From a virus: DNA of 64,000 bases. Below are positions 20,191 to 29,904 of this stretch, piece by piece. The notes under the pieces are model-generated. The model searched no databases. It was not told the DNA's origin and saw only the letters and a program-made list of their open reading frames with translations. Location of the stretch: positions 32,001 through 96,000 of the IMG/VR virus record IMGVR_UViG_3300037475_000240. One strand, written 5' to 3'. The position numbers and the translations under genes were made by a program. Position 1 is the first letter of the stretch. Each line of letters starts with the position of its first letter.

Positions 20191-21960
20191 TTAGACTGGT
20201 GGTGCTGGAGGAATTTTTGGAGCTGGTGGCTTGATAGGAGCTTCAGGTACAGCTAAATCTTCACTTATCTCTACTTCAGGTGTTTCTTTTTGTGCATTAT
20301 CAAGCTCAGAATTTTGTTGTTGTTTTCTTTGCTCTTTGCGTGCTTTTTCCTTATCTTCATTTTGTTTAAGTGTATTTTTAATGCCTTGAACAGCTGGATT
20401 ATTTTCTTGTTCATTACCTCTTAAATCAATATCTTTAGTTTCCATCGCACCACGTAATTTAGAGATAATATCTTCTACACGAGTAGAAATATAATTATTA
20501 GATTCCAATGCCTTATTAGTTGCCTCAGAAAGTGAAGGGAAAAATGAAGCTAACCCTAAACTATCCAACATCATATCAACAATAGATAATTGTCTTGGAA
20601 CTTCTCTAGTTTTAAAAATTTTAGCTAAATCTTCTAATTTAGCAACAACATCATTAATAGATAAATTAGCAAAGGCTGCATCAATCATATGATCGAAATC
20701 TTTTGCTGTTGCGGCTGGTGTATCTGTTTTACTTACTACATCATCTTCATTTACTTCTAATGGTGCCTCTCTTTTAACAACATCTTTTGGTTCAGCACGT
20801 GGAGGAGGTATTTCTTGAGCTTCAGTAATTAAAATTTCATCATTTACTTCTAAATCATCAACATCACTTACATCAGCAATGTCATTTTTATCTTCTTTAG
20901 TAGTAATTTTTCCTGTGTCCAAATTTTCTAAAAATTTATCAATAGCCTTTGATTTTGGAGGATTATTGGGAGCACTATCTGGGGGATTTTGTGGCATACC
21001 TGGTCCAACTGATGGTAATCCGCCGGGTGCACCAGAAGCATTACCTGGAGGAGCAGGAGGAGTCACAGGAGGTGATTTGTCCGTTGGTTTGGCTGATGGG
21101 GCTCCTTCTTCCTCGGCAACAGAATATAATAACTCAGAAGCTTTTACAAAGCCCTTTTTATTAAGCATATTAGCTTCACGAATAATCATATCTTCATAAA
21201 GTTTAGTTGATGTACTTAACTTATTAACAAGTTGAACTTTTTTCTTTAAATTATAAATAGCTTCCATTAAAGATTCTAATTCTTTGCCTGCAAACATTTG
21301 ACCATCTTGCGATCTTAATAGTTTTTCAGCAGAATCTAATCTTCCAATAATTTTGTGTCTTTGTTTTTCAATTATTTTTTTCTTTTCGGAAGTGGGCATT
21401 TGTTCGGAAGCATCATCACGTGCAAAATCAATATCTTTACCACTAACAGTAGGTTCTGGTTCTTTTGGTTGATCTTTTTTAATATGTAAAAAATAACCGG
21501 GCTCGCCATTTTCATACCATAATTGAGCTGTTTTATATTTCAAGTGAGTGCCCTCTTCATAGAATTTAAGCCAGTTAAGAAAGTCATAAGTCTCCATTAA
21601 GTTCCAACCAGATGTTATATGGCGAATAGCGTGGCGACGATTAATGCCATCTCTTTCTTTACTATATACGTCTTTAACGGCTTGTAACCACTTTTGAGTA
21701 TTATGCTGACCAGGCACATACATATAATAATCATTATTTGGATAAGCATCTTTTTTATTAAAATTTAATTTAGGTATTTCATCTGGATTATATTTTTCAT
21801 AATCCATTCCGGTTTCATTAAAAAAGTTTAATAATTTTTCAATTTTAGCTTCTAAATGAGCTGGAACATCTGCTGAGCTAGGCTCTGATAATACATTATC
21901 AAAATCCTCAACTGGAGATTCCCAAACATTAATATTTTCAGTAGGCGATGTTTTAGTCAT
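20191..21960 (-). CDS. hypothetical virion-module protein
   Basis: 589 aa with Pro-rich linkers, KKDA/YKTA motifs and a helical EANMLNKKGFVKASELL motif. Confidence 0.7.
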   Translation of the reverse strand: MTKTSPTENINVWESPVEDFDNVLSEPSSADVPAHLEAKIEKLLNFFNETGMDYEKYNPDEIPKLNFNKKDAYPNNDYYMYVPGQHNTQKWLQAVKDVYSKERDGINRRHAIRHITSGWNLMETYDFLNWLKFYEEGTHLKYKTAQLWYENGEPGYFLHIKKDQPKEPEPTVSGKDIDFARDDASEQMPTSEKKKIIEKQRHKIIGRLDSAEKLLRSQDGQMFAGKELESLMEAIYNLKKKVQLVNKLSTSTKLYEDMIIREANMLNKKGFVKASELLYSVAEEEGAPSAKPTDKSPPVTPPAPPGNASGAPGGLPSVGPGMPQNPPDSAPNNPPKSKAIDKFLENLDTGKITTKEDKNDIADVSDVDDLEVNDEILITEAQEIPPPRAEPKDVVKREAPLEVNEDDVVSKTDTPAATAKDFDHMIDAAFANLSINDVVAKLEDLAKIFKTREVPRQLSIVDMMLDSLGLASFFPSLSEATNKALESNNYISTRVEDIISKLRGAMETKDIDLRGNEQENNPAVQGIKNTLKQNEDKEKARKEQRKQQQNSELDNAQKETPEVEISEDLAVPEAPIKPPAPKIPPAPPV

Positions 21961-21963
21961 AAT

Positions 21964-22719
21964 TTACTCGTTTAGTTTTTTACTAATGTTTTCATTAAGT
22001 AATTTAGCTTCAGCCAACCTGACTTCAGTTGGAATAATAGCTCTCTCGCTAGGTGGCTTTAATTTAGCCATTTTATCATTAAAAACTTCCATGAAATATA
22101 GAGAAGTTTCAAGATCCATTTGAGATAAAACTTCCTTAATTACATCATGAAATACCGTAATATGCTGATCTACTACTTGTAATGTAACATTATGTTGTAC
22201 GACTTGATCCGCTGGAGATTCAGTAAATTTATAATATTTTTCTAAAATATTACCAAGAACTTCAGTATATTCTATAAGAAGTCTATCTATTCTAGTATTT
22301 ATATTTCTAGGATCTTCTTGAATTTCATCGAAAACTTGTGCTAATCTAGTTTCAATAGCAACACATAAGCTTTTAATTGTTTTTCTAATATCTAATTCTT
22401 GACCAGCCGTTTTAAGCATAATATCTTTATAGGCTTGAGAATTATTTACAGCAAATTCTAATTGATCTTCAGTTGATTTATTAACTGCTAATTTGGTTTT
22501 AGCTATATCTTCTTGAATAATTGAATAAATATCTAAATAGTTATCTTGAAAAGATTTAATACTTTTCTCGGCAATAACAAATTTAGATTCACTTACATTT
22601 GTATATTTAGATGATAACCAATCATGCACATCCTTCGGGGAAAACCCCATAACTAATTTAGAAATAAATTCGTCTTTGTCAGGATGTTCTAAAATACGTT
22701 TCATTGAAGGTTTAGACAT
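21964..22719 (-). CDS. hypothetical protein (candidate small terminase / DNA-binding)
   Basis: Likely start MSKPSMK at 22719; HTH-like N-terminus followed by helical oligomerisation-like segments; function is inference only. Confidence 0.5.
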   Translation of the reverse strand: MSKPSMKRILEHPDKDEFISKLVMGFSPKDVHDWLSSKYTNVSESKFVIAEKSIKSFQDNYLDIYSIIQEDIAKTKLAVNKSTEDQLEFAVNNSQAYKDIMLKTAGQELDIRKTIKSLCVAIETRLAQVFDEIQEDPRNINTRIDRLLIEYTEVLGNILEKYYKFTESPADQVVQHNVTLQVVDQHITVFHDVIKEVLSQMDLETSLYFMEVFNDKMAKLKPPSERAIIPTEVRLAEAKLLNENISKKLNE

Positions 22720-23617
22720 TTTTCCAATCACTTTCCCATATAGAAATAACATTAAATCCATTATTTTTCAATGTTATTTCTCTTTTTATTGTTTTTTCAT
22801 ATAAAAATTCAAAAGTTGTATTTGTACTTAAATTTATGTCTTTACTATTAAATTTTATAGGATTGCCGTGCCAATAATCTCCATAAAACTCATAAACAGT
22901 ATTTGTGTCTGGATTAAATCCATCAACCTTATAAAGTTTTTTATCAATATAAATATTGTATTGCCTATTTTCTTTTGAAATACTTAAACTATCAAGCCAT
23001 AGTATTTCTGATTTTGAGATATAATTTATACAAAATGGGCATCCTTGTCCTTGTAAATGATTACAAGGATTTTGATTAAAATAATTATTACATTTATTAC
23101 ACAATATATTAATTTTAATTTTACTGGAAATATAAATTATATTATCATAATTAAAATTATTTTTATGAACTATAATAGCTTGTTTAATAAACTCTTCCTT
23201 ATTTGAAAACTTAGAATTATAATAACATGTGGGACAACCATTACCATGTAAATGATTACCTGGAGTTTGATTAAAAATTTCGTTACATAAAATACAAATA
23301 ATTGGTATTTTAATGTCTTTATTTATAAAATTTTCTTTTGAAACTAATGAATAATTATATTTAAAATTATGAATAATATTAGCTTCATCAATAAAAACAT
23401 TAATATTTTTACGCTTTTTAGCAGAGTTTATTTTTATAGCACAACTTGGACAACCTTTACCTTGAAGGTGATTGTCTGGTGTTTGATAAAATTCACTATC
23501 ACATTGATTGCAAATTATTAGAACTTTTAATTTGCAATTAATATAATTAACCTTATCATAACAATATTTATCATTATGAATATTAATAGCTTTAGTTATA
23601 AATTTTTCTGGAGACAT
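22712..23617 (-). CDS. putative homing endonuclease: three Zn-ribbon repeats plus PD-(D/E)XK/Vsr-like domain
   Basis: (FI.KA..IH..Y.Y...C..C...F.Q.P.NHL.G.GCP.C)x3; C-terminal SKSE..W..KVDGF..EFYGDYWHG..IWESDW. Confidence 0.8.
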   Translation of the reverse strand: MSPEKFITKAINIHNDKYCYDKVNYINCKLKVLIICNQCDSEFYQTPDNHLQGKGCPSCAIKINSAKKRKNINVFIDEANIIHNFKYNYSLVSKENFINKDIKIPIICILCNEIFNQTPGNHLHGNGCPTCYYNSKFSNKEEFIKQAIIVHKNNFNYDNIIYISSKIKINILCNKCNNYFNQNPCNHLQGQGCPFCINYISKSEILWLDSLSISKENRQYNIYIDKKLYKVDGFNPDTNTVYEFYGDYWHGNPIKFNSKDINLSTNTTFEFLYEKTIKREITLKNNGFNVISIWESDWKNV

Positions 23618-23635
23618 TACTCATAATATATCAAA

Positions 23636-24352
23636 TTATGGTTGGTTTGATTCGAGCCTTCCCTCGCGTGTATCAAAAATAGATTCAGTTGGGTTACTTA
23701 ATCCTTGGGTTTGATTTGCAACATCACCACCAGGAACTTTTGTGCCGTTATTTAACTCAAAACCTGTCTCAAAGTTATAAGTTTTCTTATCTAATTCACA
23801 TTGCCAAAAATGCTCACCAATACGAGAAATTTGAACTCCAGCATGATCTGGACAGTATCTTGTACTTAATGGAGCTTCTAAAATTCTATATTCTTTAGTC
23901 ATATTACTTTTATCAATAGCTTTAATTGATTCAGCAACTTTATTATTATCATCTATTTCTTCTTTAGCACTATGATATTTTTTTTTAAGCTCTTCTAATC
24001 TAAGATCTTCAGCAGCTTTTTTATCTTTTAAAGCATTTGGAGGTGCAGCAATTGTAAGTAATAATTCATCTAATACAGAAGCCTGTTTCATAAGTTCAGG
24101 ATCTCCTGATGAATCTAGGGCTGATGCTAAGTTAGCAATTCCTTCAATTGATTCTTCAGTAATTAAAGATTCTTCTGGAGGCTCAATAGATTCAACTTTA
24201 GTGGCAGCTTTCTTTAAAGCAGCAGCAGCGGAAACACATGATTCTGCAACAACTTTTAAGCATTGTTCATCATACTCAGCTAGTAATAAAGCTTCATTAT
24301 CTGGGCTTTCCAACCAAGATGCTATTGAATTTAATAGTTCTGCAATTCTCAT
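23636..24352 (-). CDS. hypothetical virion-module protein
   Basis: 238 aa, GGAG RBS, IANLASALDSSG..KQASVLDELL helical motif, LSTRYCPDH..WQC. Confidence 0.7.
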   Translation of the reverse strand: MRIAELLNSIASWLESPDNEALLLAEYDEQCLKVVAESCVSAAAALKKAATKVESIEPPEESLITEESIEGIANLASALDSSGDPELMKQASVLDELLLTIAAPPNALKDKKAAEDLRLEELKKKYHSAKEEIDDNNKVAESIKAIDKSNMTKEYRILEAPLSTRYCPDHAGVQISRIGEHFWQCELDKKTYNFETGFELNNGTKVPGGDVANQTQGLSNPTESIFDTREGRLESNQP

Positions 24353-24361
24353 AAGTGCTCC

Positions 24362-25252
24362 TTAAACAGTCTCTTCAAAAAGATGTGCATTAGTTGGTTG
24401 TAAATCTTTGTGTCTTTGTAAAATTTGCTTTATTTCTTCTCTGACAGCCAAACCATCTACTGGACTATGCCCTCTATTTAAGGCATTAATAACGCTAGTT
24501 ATTTCTTCTCTAAGAACAGGATCATGCTCAAATACTGTATTCCAGTCTTCTTTTGAAGACAGACCATAATCATCACCATGTTGTCTTAAAAAGTCTATAA
24601 TATCATTATGAGCTAAAGGCGCACGTTGGGGCGCAAATCTTTCAGGATTTTCTTGATTAATATCAACATCAGGAGAATCATGGGTAAATTTCTCTGGAGA
24701 CATAACTTCCAATTGTTTAAGCTCATCTAACATTGTACTAGATAAACTTAATATTCTAGATAAACCTGTTCTCGCTTTTCCTTGCATATCATTTCTAACT
24801 TTAATATCATGTCTTCTAACAACTGGCATCAACTCAAATATTAAAGCAGAAACATGTGGAAACTGTGTGGCAACTAAATCAGAAGGAGACTTTTTAGAAA
24901 GTTTTCCATCAACACCAAAGGTTAAATCTTTATTACCATCAATTAAATTAACAATATGAAGTAATACTTTTCTAATCTCACCCAAACTAAAAGTATGGGC
25001 ATTGTTTTTTAAATACTCAATTAAATCTAATAAGTTTTTACAAAACTTATATCCTGCAATAGCTTTTTTTTCATGAGGAGTTTTGGCTTTCCCGGCTCCA
25101 GAATCAGCACAAGCTTTAAGAACAGGAAATAATTTATTAGGATAATTCCAAAGTACAGAAATTTGCTTGCGCAAGGAATTTTCTATATTTCCTGCATCTT
25201 CCGCAAATTTATATTTAGCAGTAAGTAAAGTTGCTAGTCTATATATTCTCAT
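24362..25252 (-). CDS. hypothetical protein
   Basis: 296 aa; N-terminal ...AKYKFA|EDA. Confidence 0.65.
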   Translation of the reverse strand: MRIYRLATLLTAKYKFAEDAGNIENSLRKQISVLWNYPNKLFPVLKACADSGAGKAKTPHEKKAIAGYKFCKNLLDLIEYLKNNAHTFSLGEIRKVLLHIVNLIDGNKDLTFGVDGKLSKKSPSDLVATQFPHVSALIFELMPVVRRHDIKVRNDMQGKARTGLSRILSLSSTMLDELKQLEVMSPEKFTHDSPDVDINQENPERFAPQRAPLAHNDIIDFLRQHGDDYGLSSKEDWNTVFEHDPVLREEITSVINALNRGHSPVDGLAVREEIKQILQRHKDLQPTNAHLFEETV

Positions 25253-25254
25253 GA

Positions 25255-26856
25255 TTATCCAAAGATTTTGGAGTTCATGAATGTAGCACCATCGTAGGTC
25301 TCATCCATGCCTCTTCTGTAAAGAGGACGGCAATTACCATCCTTGTCTTGATAGACCTTATGAATTGGTAAGTTTGTATGACCGCATACTGGGTGTTGAC
25401 TGCTGGCACTCTTTAAAATCATGCAGCATGTAGACTGTGCAGAAGATTCTTTTTTTCCAGAAAGACCATCCATGTAAATTTGGAATCCTGTTGCATAAGC
25501 CTTTTCATCACCACAATTAGCTAATACATTTAAAGCATCTTCAGCCTTAGCATGATTGCTTTCGCCCAAAGCAACTCTAATATTATTTACTAAATCACTT
25601 GGTTTAAGAGAAAATTGAGGAGATGCAACGGCAGCGGCTTTATAATCTGATGCATTTTTTGCACGTAATTCATTAATAGAGTCAGCGGTAAATGGTGCTA
25701 CACTTCCATTACACAACATAACTGATGGAATCATTACTTTACTATTAGTAATTTTTACTGGTACAGTGAAAGCAATTTTACCACCATCAACAGCTACACT
25801 GTAAAATACAGTATTTTTATCGTTCTTTGCAACAACAACTTGTGGATTCTTAAATCCAAAGCTAAACAATTCTCTATTTAAATAAGAAATGCCTGCAGTT
25901 ACAGCCGTTCCGAATTCAAAATAAGCTTGACCATGTGGTGAAGCTAATTGTTCTTCGAAAGTAGAAAAATCTTTGTGTTGTGGAACACTTACATCAGAAA
26001 CAGATTCTGCAATTGTAAGTCCAACAATTTGATTTGCAGAAAACTCAGTGTTTCCTTCTCTTTTAGCATTTAATCTAGTTAATGCTAATTCAGTATCAGA
26101 AACTTCTCTGTTCTCAGACGCAGCTTTTGTTAATACATCTAAAATATTAGATCCACTAATTTTAAGCTTATTTCCAGCAAAACTAGTTAAATAAGACTTA
26201 ATAGTTACATGATTTAAATCTTGAGGACCAGCATTTCCCATAAATACTGAAGCTTCTACAATTTTATTTCCATTAACTTCAACAGGAACATAAAAGCTAG
26301 TTACGCCTTTTGGGGTTTCATAGTTGGCTTTAATTACTAAAAATTTATCACTACCACTATCAACTTCAAGTTGAGATGGTTTTAAATTCCAAGCATCTAA
26401 AGTAGATGCTACAGATTTAATTGCTTTATCAGCAAGATTTTGTGAATACATCTTAAGAGGACCATCACTAAATACGCTGGTAAGTGCATTAGCTAATATT
26501 GGATCAGCTACTTCATATGCCTTAACTTCAGCAGTAGAGTCATCTCTTTTATAAGTTGTAACTGAAGATGACTCCTCTTGTAAACCTAATTCATCTTGAA
26601 ATAGTTCAGCGAATTTTGTATTGCGAGACCAAAGTTTAGAATAAAGGGACTTTAAATCAGCTTTACGAATAAAAAGGGTATTATTTGATGCCATTTTGTT
26701 AATGACAGTTGCCATAGCCCCTAAAGTTTGATCATGAGGATATGCATCCACACACTTTGCTAATTTGGCAGAAAGAACTGGAGTTGCTAATTTTTCATTA
26801 TCATCTAAGTTCTTAGATATAAAACCAATTAGTTGATTTATTTTTTCGTGGCTCAT
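25255..26856 (-). CDS. hypothetical virion-module protein with duplicated alpha/beta domain
   Basis: 533 aa; SFYVPVEVNGNKIVEASVFM and AFTVPVKITNSKVMIPSVML repeats; C-terminal Cys/His cluster. Confidence 0.7.
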   Translation of the reverse strand: MSHEKINQLIGFISKNLDDNEKLATPVLSAKLAKCVDAYPHDQTLGAMATVINKMASNNTLFIRKADLKSLYSKLWSRNTKFAELFQDELGLQEESSSVTTYKRDDSTAEVKAYEVADPILANALTSVFSDGPLKMYSQNLADKAIKSVASTLDAWNLKPSQLEVDSGSDKFLVIKANYETPKGVTSFYVPVEVNGNKIVEASVFMGNAGPQDLNHVTIKSYLTSFAGNKLKISGSNILDVLTKAASENREVSDTELALTRLNAKREGNTEFSANQIVGLTIAESVSDVSVPQHKDFSTFEEQLASPHGQAYFEFGTAVTAGISYLNRELFSFGFKNPQVVVAKNDKNTVFYSVAVDGGKIAFTVPVKITNSKVMIPSVMLCNGSVAPFTADSINELRAKNASDYKAAAVASPQFSLKPSDLVNNIRVALGESNHAKAEDALNVLANCGDEKAYATGFQIYMDGLSGKKESSAQSTCCMILKSASSQHPVCGHTNLPIHKVYQDKDGNCRPLYRRGMDETYDGATFMNSKIFG

Positions 26857-26875
26857 TTAGCGTCCTATATTATGG

Positions 26876-27361
26876 TTAGACTAACTCAGGGTACTTAATT
26901 AATACCGCATTTTTAGCTGATGGAGTCAATTGACTTAATAAAGCTTTCACTAATTTCTTATTTTCTGCTAATTTAGCAGGTAAGTAAGTTGGAACCTTAT
27001 GGAGTTCGTTGGCTGGTACACCAAGTTTACTGGCAGCTAATTTTACAATTGGCTCGCCTTTGTAAGAAATTTGAAGATCTCCGGCAGTCTTGGAAAGAAA
27101 TACTTCCCAACCAGCATCAGCTTTTAATTCTTCTGTTTCTTCATTATAAATAGAGACAATGTAATCGCCATCCTCTGCGCTCTGGACTTGCCAAAGATCA
27201 GCCGATTTATCACCATCTTTAAATCTTACGATATCAAATGCTACGGTCTCAAGTTGATCCTTAACATCTGATAATCTATAAGCTTTTTTATAGATTTTCT
27301 GCTCAACACCCGTATAATCTACTGAAAACTTTGTCATTACGACTCCCGTAAAATCGAACAT
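26876..27361 (-). CDS. hypothetical protein
   Basis: 161 aa (alternative start 27337 with GGGAG RBS). Confidence 0.65.
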   Translation of the reverse strand: MFDFTGVVMTKFSVDYTGVEQKIYKKAYRLSDVKDQLETVAFDIVRFKDGDKSADLWQVQSAEDGDYIVSIYNEETEELKADAGWEVFLSKTAGDLQISYKGEPIVKLAASKLGVPANELHKVPTYLPAKLAENKKLVKALLSQLTPSAKNAVLIKYPELV

Positions 27362-27439
27362 ATCCCTATCGTAGATAAGAAAATATTGATAATATTCTGA
27401 CTTTATTAATAATTAAAGCCACTTATATTTTCCAAAATA

Positions 27440-27657
27440 TTACCAAAAGACTAAAAGTTTTAATTTTTTAGGAAAATCTGCCTCTGAAACTTGCTCTCCA
27501 TACAAATAATATTTTGCTTTCTTAAAATACTTATGAATATAAGCTGGACCAGTTTCTCTGTGAAGTTTACCTTCCAAATACCAAATCTCTTCTCCATCTA
27601 TATTTTTTAACACTTTGTAAGTTTTATTACCCTAATTGTAGAAATTCTTTTTACCAT
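27440..27657 (-). CDS. small LHRExGPA-repeat-family protein (GTG start at 27613, or ATG 27657 with a one-base frameshift)
   Basis: Not in ORF track: VLKNIDGEEIWYLEGKLHRETGPAYIH...YYLYGEQVSE..KLKLLVFW*. Confidence 0.6.
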
Positions 27658-28091
27658 TTTTCATCACGGGCAGCTTGCATTTTATTAAGGATGTCTTTAA
27701 TCTTGTCATCGTTCTCTATAATTTTCCTAATCTTCTTGCGCGCGCCTCCGTATACCTTTTTCCCATTTTTATAATCTACATTTCCGTTAAGTGACTTTGT
27801 TATACTGCTTTGATTCACATTAAGCATTTTAGCTATCTCCATTTGGGTATAGCCATCAGCGTAAAGTCTAATTACTTCTTTTTGTCTTGGAGTTAATAGT
27901 GTATCAACCACTCTCCAGAACTCTATTTTGAGTTGTTCTTCAAGCTCAATAAGTGTTTCATTATATTCAAATGGATTAAGTCTAGCAGAAATAGAATCTT
28001 CATTACAGAAGGCTTCCATCATGTCATTTGAACATACAGTTTCTAATAATATATATTGGTACTTATCTGAGCGATTCTTTCTCTTTTCCAT
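27651..28091 (-). CDS. sigma-70 region 4 / LuxR-type HTH transcription factor
   Basis: LTPRQKEVIRLYADGYTQMEIAKMLNVNQSSITKSL; no region 2 visible. Confidence 0.75.
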   Translation of the reverse strand: MEKRKNRSDKYQYILLETVCSNDMMEAFCNEDSISARLNPFEYNETLIELEEQLKIEFWRVVDTLLTPRQKEVIRLYADGYTQMEIAKMLNVNQSSITKSLNGNVDYKNGKKVYGGARKKIRKIIENDDKIKDILNKMQAARDEKW

Positions 28092-28101
28092 AATAGTCCT
28101 T

Positions 28102-28800
28102 TTATAATTTTACATTATGTCTTAACAAGATATCTCTAATAGTAGTTTTACCACAATTAAATTGTTTAGCCAAAGCAGTTCTTGTTATACTTTCATTTGC
28201 ATATAATTCACATATCTCTTTTTCTTGATCTAAAGTAAATATATTTCTACCATTAAAATGTCCTATATAATTTGATTGTCTAATAGATATATTTTCTCTA
28301 ATTAAAATATTCTGAATAACACTCCTATAACAATCAAAATTTTTAGCCAAAGCATATGTAGACATCTCTTCTTCCACATATAATCTACAAATTTCCAATT
28401 CAACTTCTTCAGAAAACTTACGTTTATTTAATTTGGGCACACCTGCCGCTGCTTGAGACATATTCAATTTATGCTCATCATCAAATTTCTTACCTAAATT
28501 AGTAGGTCCACCCTCGCCTCCTGGTGTATCATTATACCCACAAGGAGATTTATAAGTATCAAAATAGGCAATCCAATCTATTTCACCTTGAATCATTTTT
28601 TCTTTATTAGAATAAGTTTCAATCATTCTAATATTAAAATTATTTTCACCATATTTTCTTATAGCTTTAAAAAGTGAAGTAGAGCTACTTTGTTTTGCTT
28701 TACTAATATGTCTTTGAAGTCTAACTTCAAGTGGTACTTCAGTGTATCCTACGTACATCTTATTATTAATTTTATTTACAATTACATATACTTTATACAC
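28102..28800 (-). CDS. GIY-YIG homing endonuclease with C-terminal HTH repeats
   Basis: VYVIVNKINNKMYVGYT..RLQRH, AIRKYGENNF, GYNDTPGG. Confidence 0.85.
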   Translation of the reverse strand: MYKVYVIVNKINNKMYVGYTEVPLEVRLQRHISKAKQSSSTSLFKAIRKYGENNFNIRMIETYSNKEKMIQGEIDWIAYFDTYKSPCGYNDTPGGEGGPTNLGKKFDDEHKLNMSQAAAGVPKLNKRKFSEEVELEICRLYVEEEMSTYALAKNFDCYRSVIQNILIRENISIRQSNYIGHFNGRNIFTLDQEKEICELYANESITRTALAKQFNCGKTTIRDILLRHNVKL

Positions 28801-28812
28801 AGCAAGTATATA

Positions 28813-29577
28813 TCAATTCTCAATGCTTAATTCCATATTTTCATACGATACATCTTTTAAATACTCATCTATGTCTTTATATTTTTGTGGAAGATAAAAG
28901 TTTTGTATATTTGCATATTTTCCGAATTTATCTATAATACGTTTTCTTCCCTTTAAACCTGCTTCATCATTATCTAATAACAAAAATACATTTTCTGTAT
29001 ATCTTGTAATTAAAGAAAACTGATATTGTGATAAACTTGCCGAACCAATACCTAGAACATTATTAAATCCTTTCTCATAAGATTTAATAACATCTAATTG
29101 TCCTTCAACTAAAAAGACACTATCTTTTTCTATAATTGATTTTTTATTTTCGTATAAACCAAATATATGATTTGTCTTTGTAAAACCAAAAGTGTTTTTA
29201 TATTTTGAAATACTTTTTTCTTGCCTTTCATGTTCAGATAAAAGAGTTCTTCCTACTAATGCTACAACTGAACCATAACAATCTCTAAATGGAATAATAA
29301 GAGGATAGTCTTCAAAATAACAAAAATTAAGGGTTCTAGGATAAAGAGAATCTTCTATTTCTTTAGTGAAAATTAAAGAAGACTCTTTTAAACAATCCAT
29401 TCCAACCAAAGAAGATATTACATCAATATTATTCATGCCTGGGAAATATCCAAACTTAAATACCTCTTGACAATCTTTACTCACTCTCGAATCTAAATAA
29501 TCTTGACATGCCTGTGCATCAGGATAATTTTGTAATAAGAATCTGCAAGAATCTGAAATTTTTTCAAAATTATTCAT
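28813..29577 (-). CDS. dnaG: DNA primase catalytic core (RNA polymerase/TOPRIM domain, no Zn-binding domain)
   Basis: YLDSR, FKFGYFP, IIPFRD..GR, KYKN, LVEGQLDV, LLDNDEAG, KDIDEYL. Confidence 0.85.
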   Translation of the reverse strand: MNNFEKISDSCRFLLQNYPDAQACQDYLDSRVSKDCQEVFKFGYFPGMNNIDVISSLVGMDCLKESSLIFTKEIEDSLYPRTLNFCYFEDYPLIIPFRDCYGSVVALVGRTLLSEHERQEKSISKYKNTFGFTKTNHIFGLYENKKSIIEKDSVFLVEGQLDVIKSYEKGFNNVLGIGSASLSQYQFSLITRYTENVFLLLDNDEAGLKGRKRIIDKFGKYANIQNFYLPQKYKDIDEYLKDVSYENMELSIEN

Positions 29578-29902
29578 CTGATTGTTTTTTCAATTTTTCT
29601 CTCAACATAATCTTAAAAGGTTCACTCAATTGATCTAGTGGTTTTTTGCAACCTGCACATACTATATCCTTACCCATTAATAGTGGACGATCATCTTTTC
29701 CACATAAATTACACTTAACCCCAAATGCAACAGAATTCTTTTTTCTAAATTGTTTATTTGATTTTAATTGAACCTTAGTAAAATGTGTAACATTTAATAA
29801 TTCTCCATCACAAATAGAACAATAAACTTTATCTGTTTTAGGATCTATATAAGGTTCCATTTGCTTATAACAACCTTTAATTGAACAACTCATAGAAAAC
29901 AT
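29570..29902 (-). CDS. double zinc-ribbon protein
   Basis: Four Cys pairs in 110 aa. Confidence 0.65.
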   Translation of the reverse strand: MFSMSCSIKGCYKQMEPYIDPKTDKVYCSICDGELLNVTHFTKVQLKSNKQFRKKNSVAFGVKCNLCGKDDRPLLMGKDIVCAGCKKPLDQLSEPFKIMLREKLKKQSDE

Positions 29903-29904
29903 TA

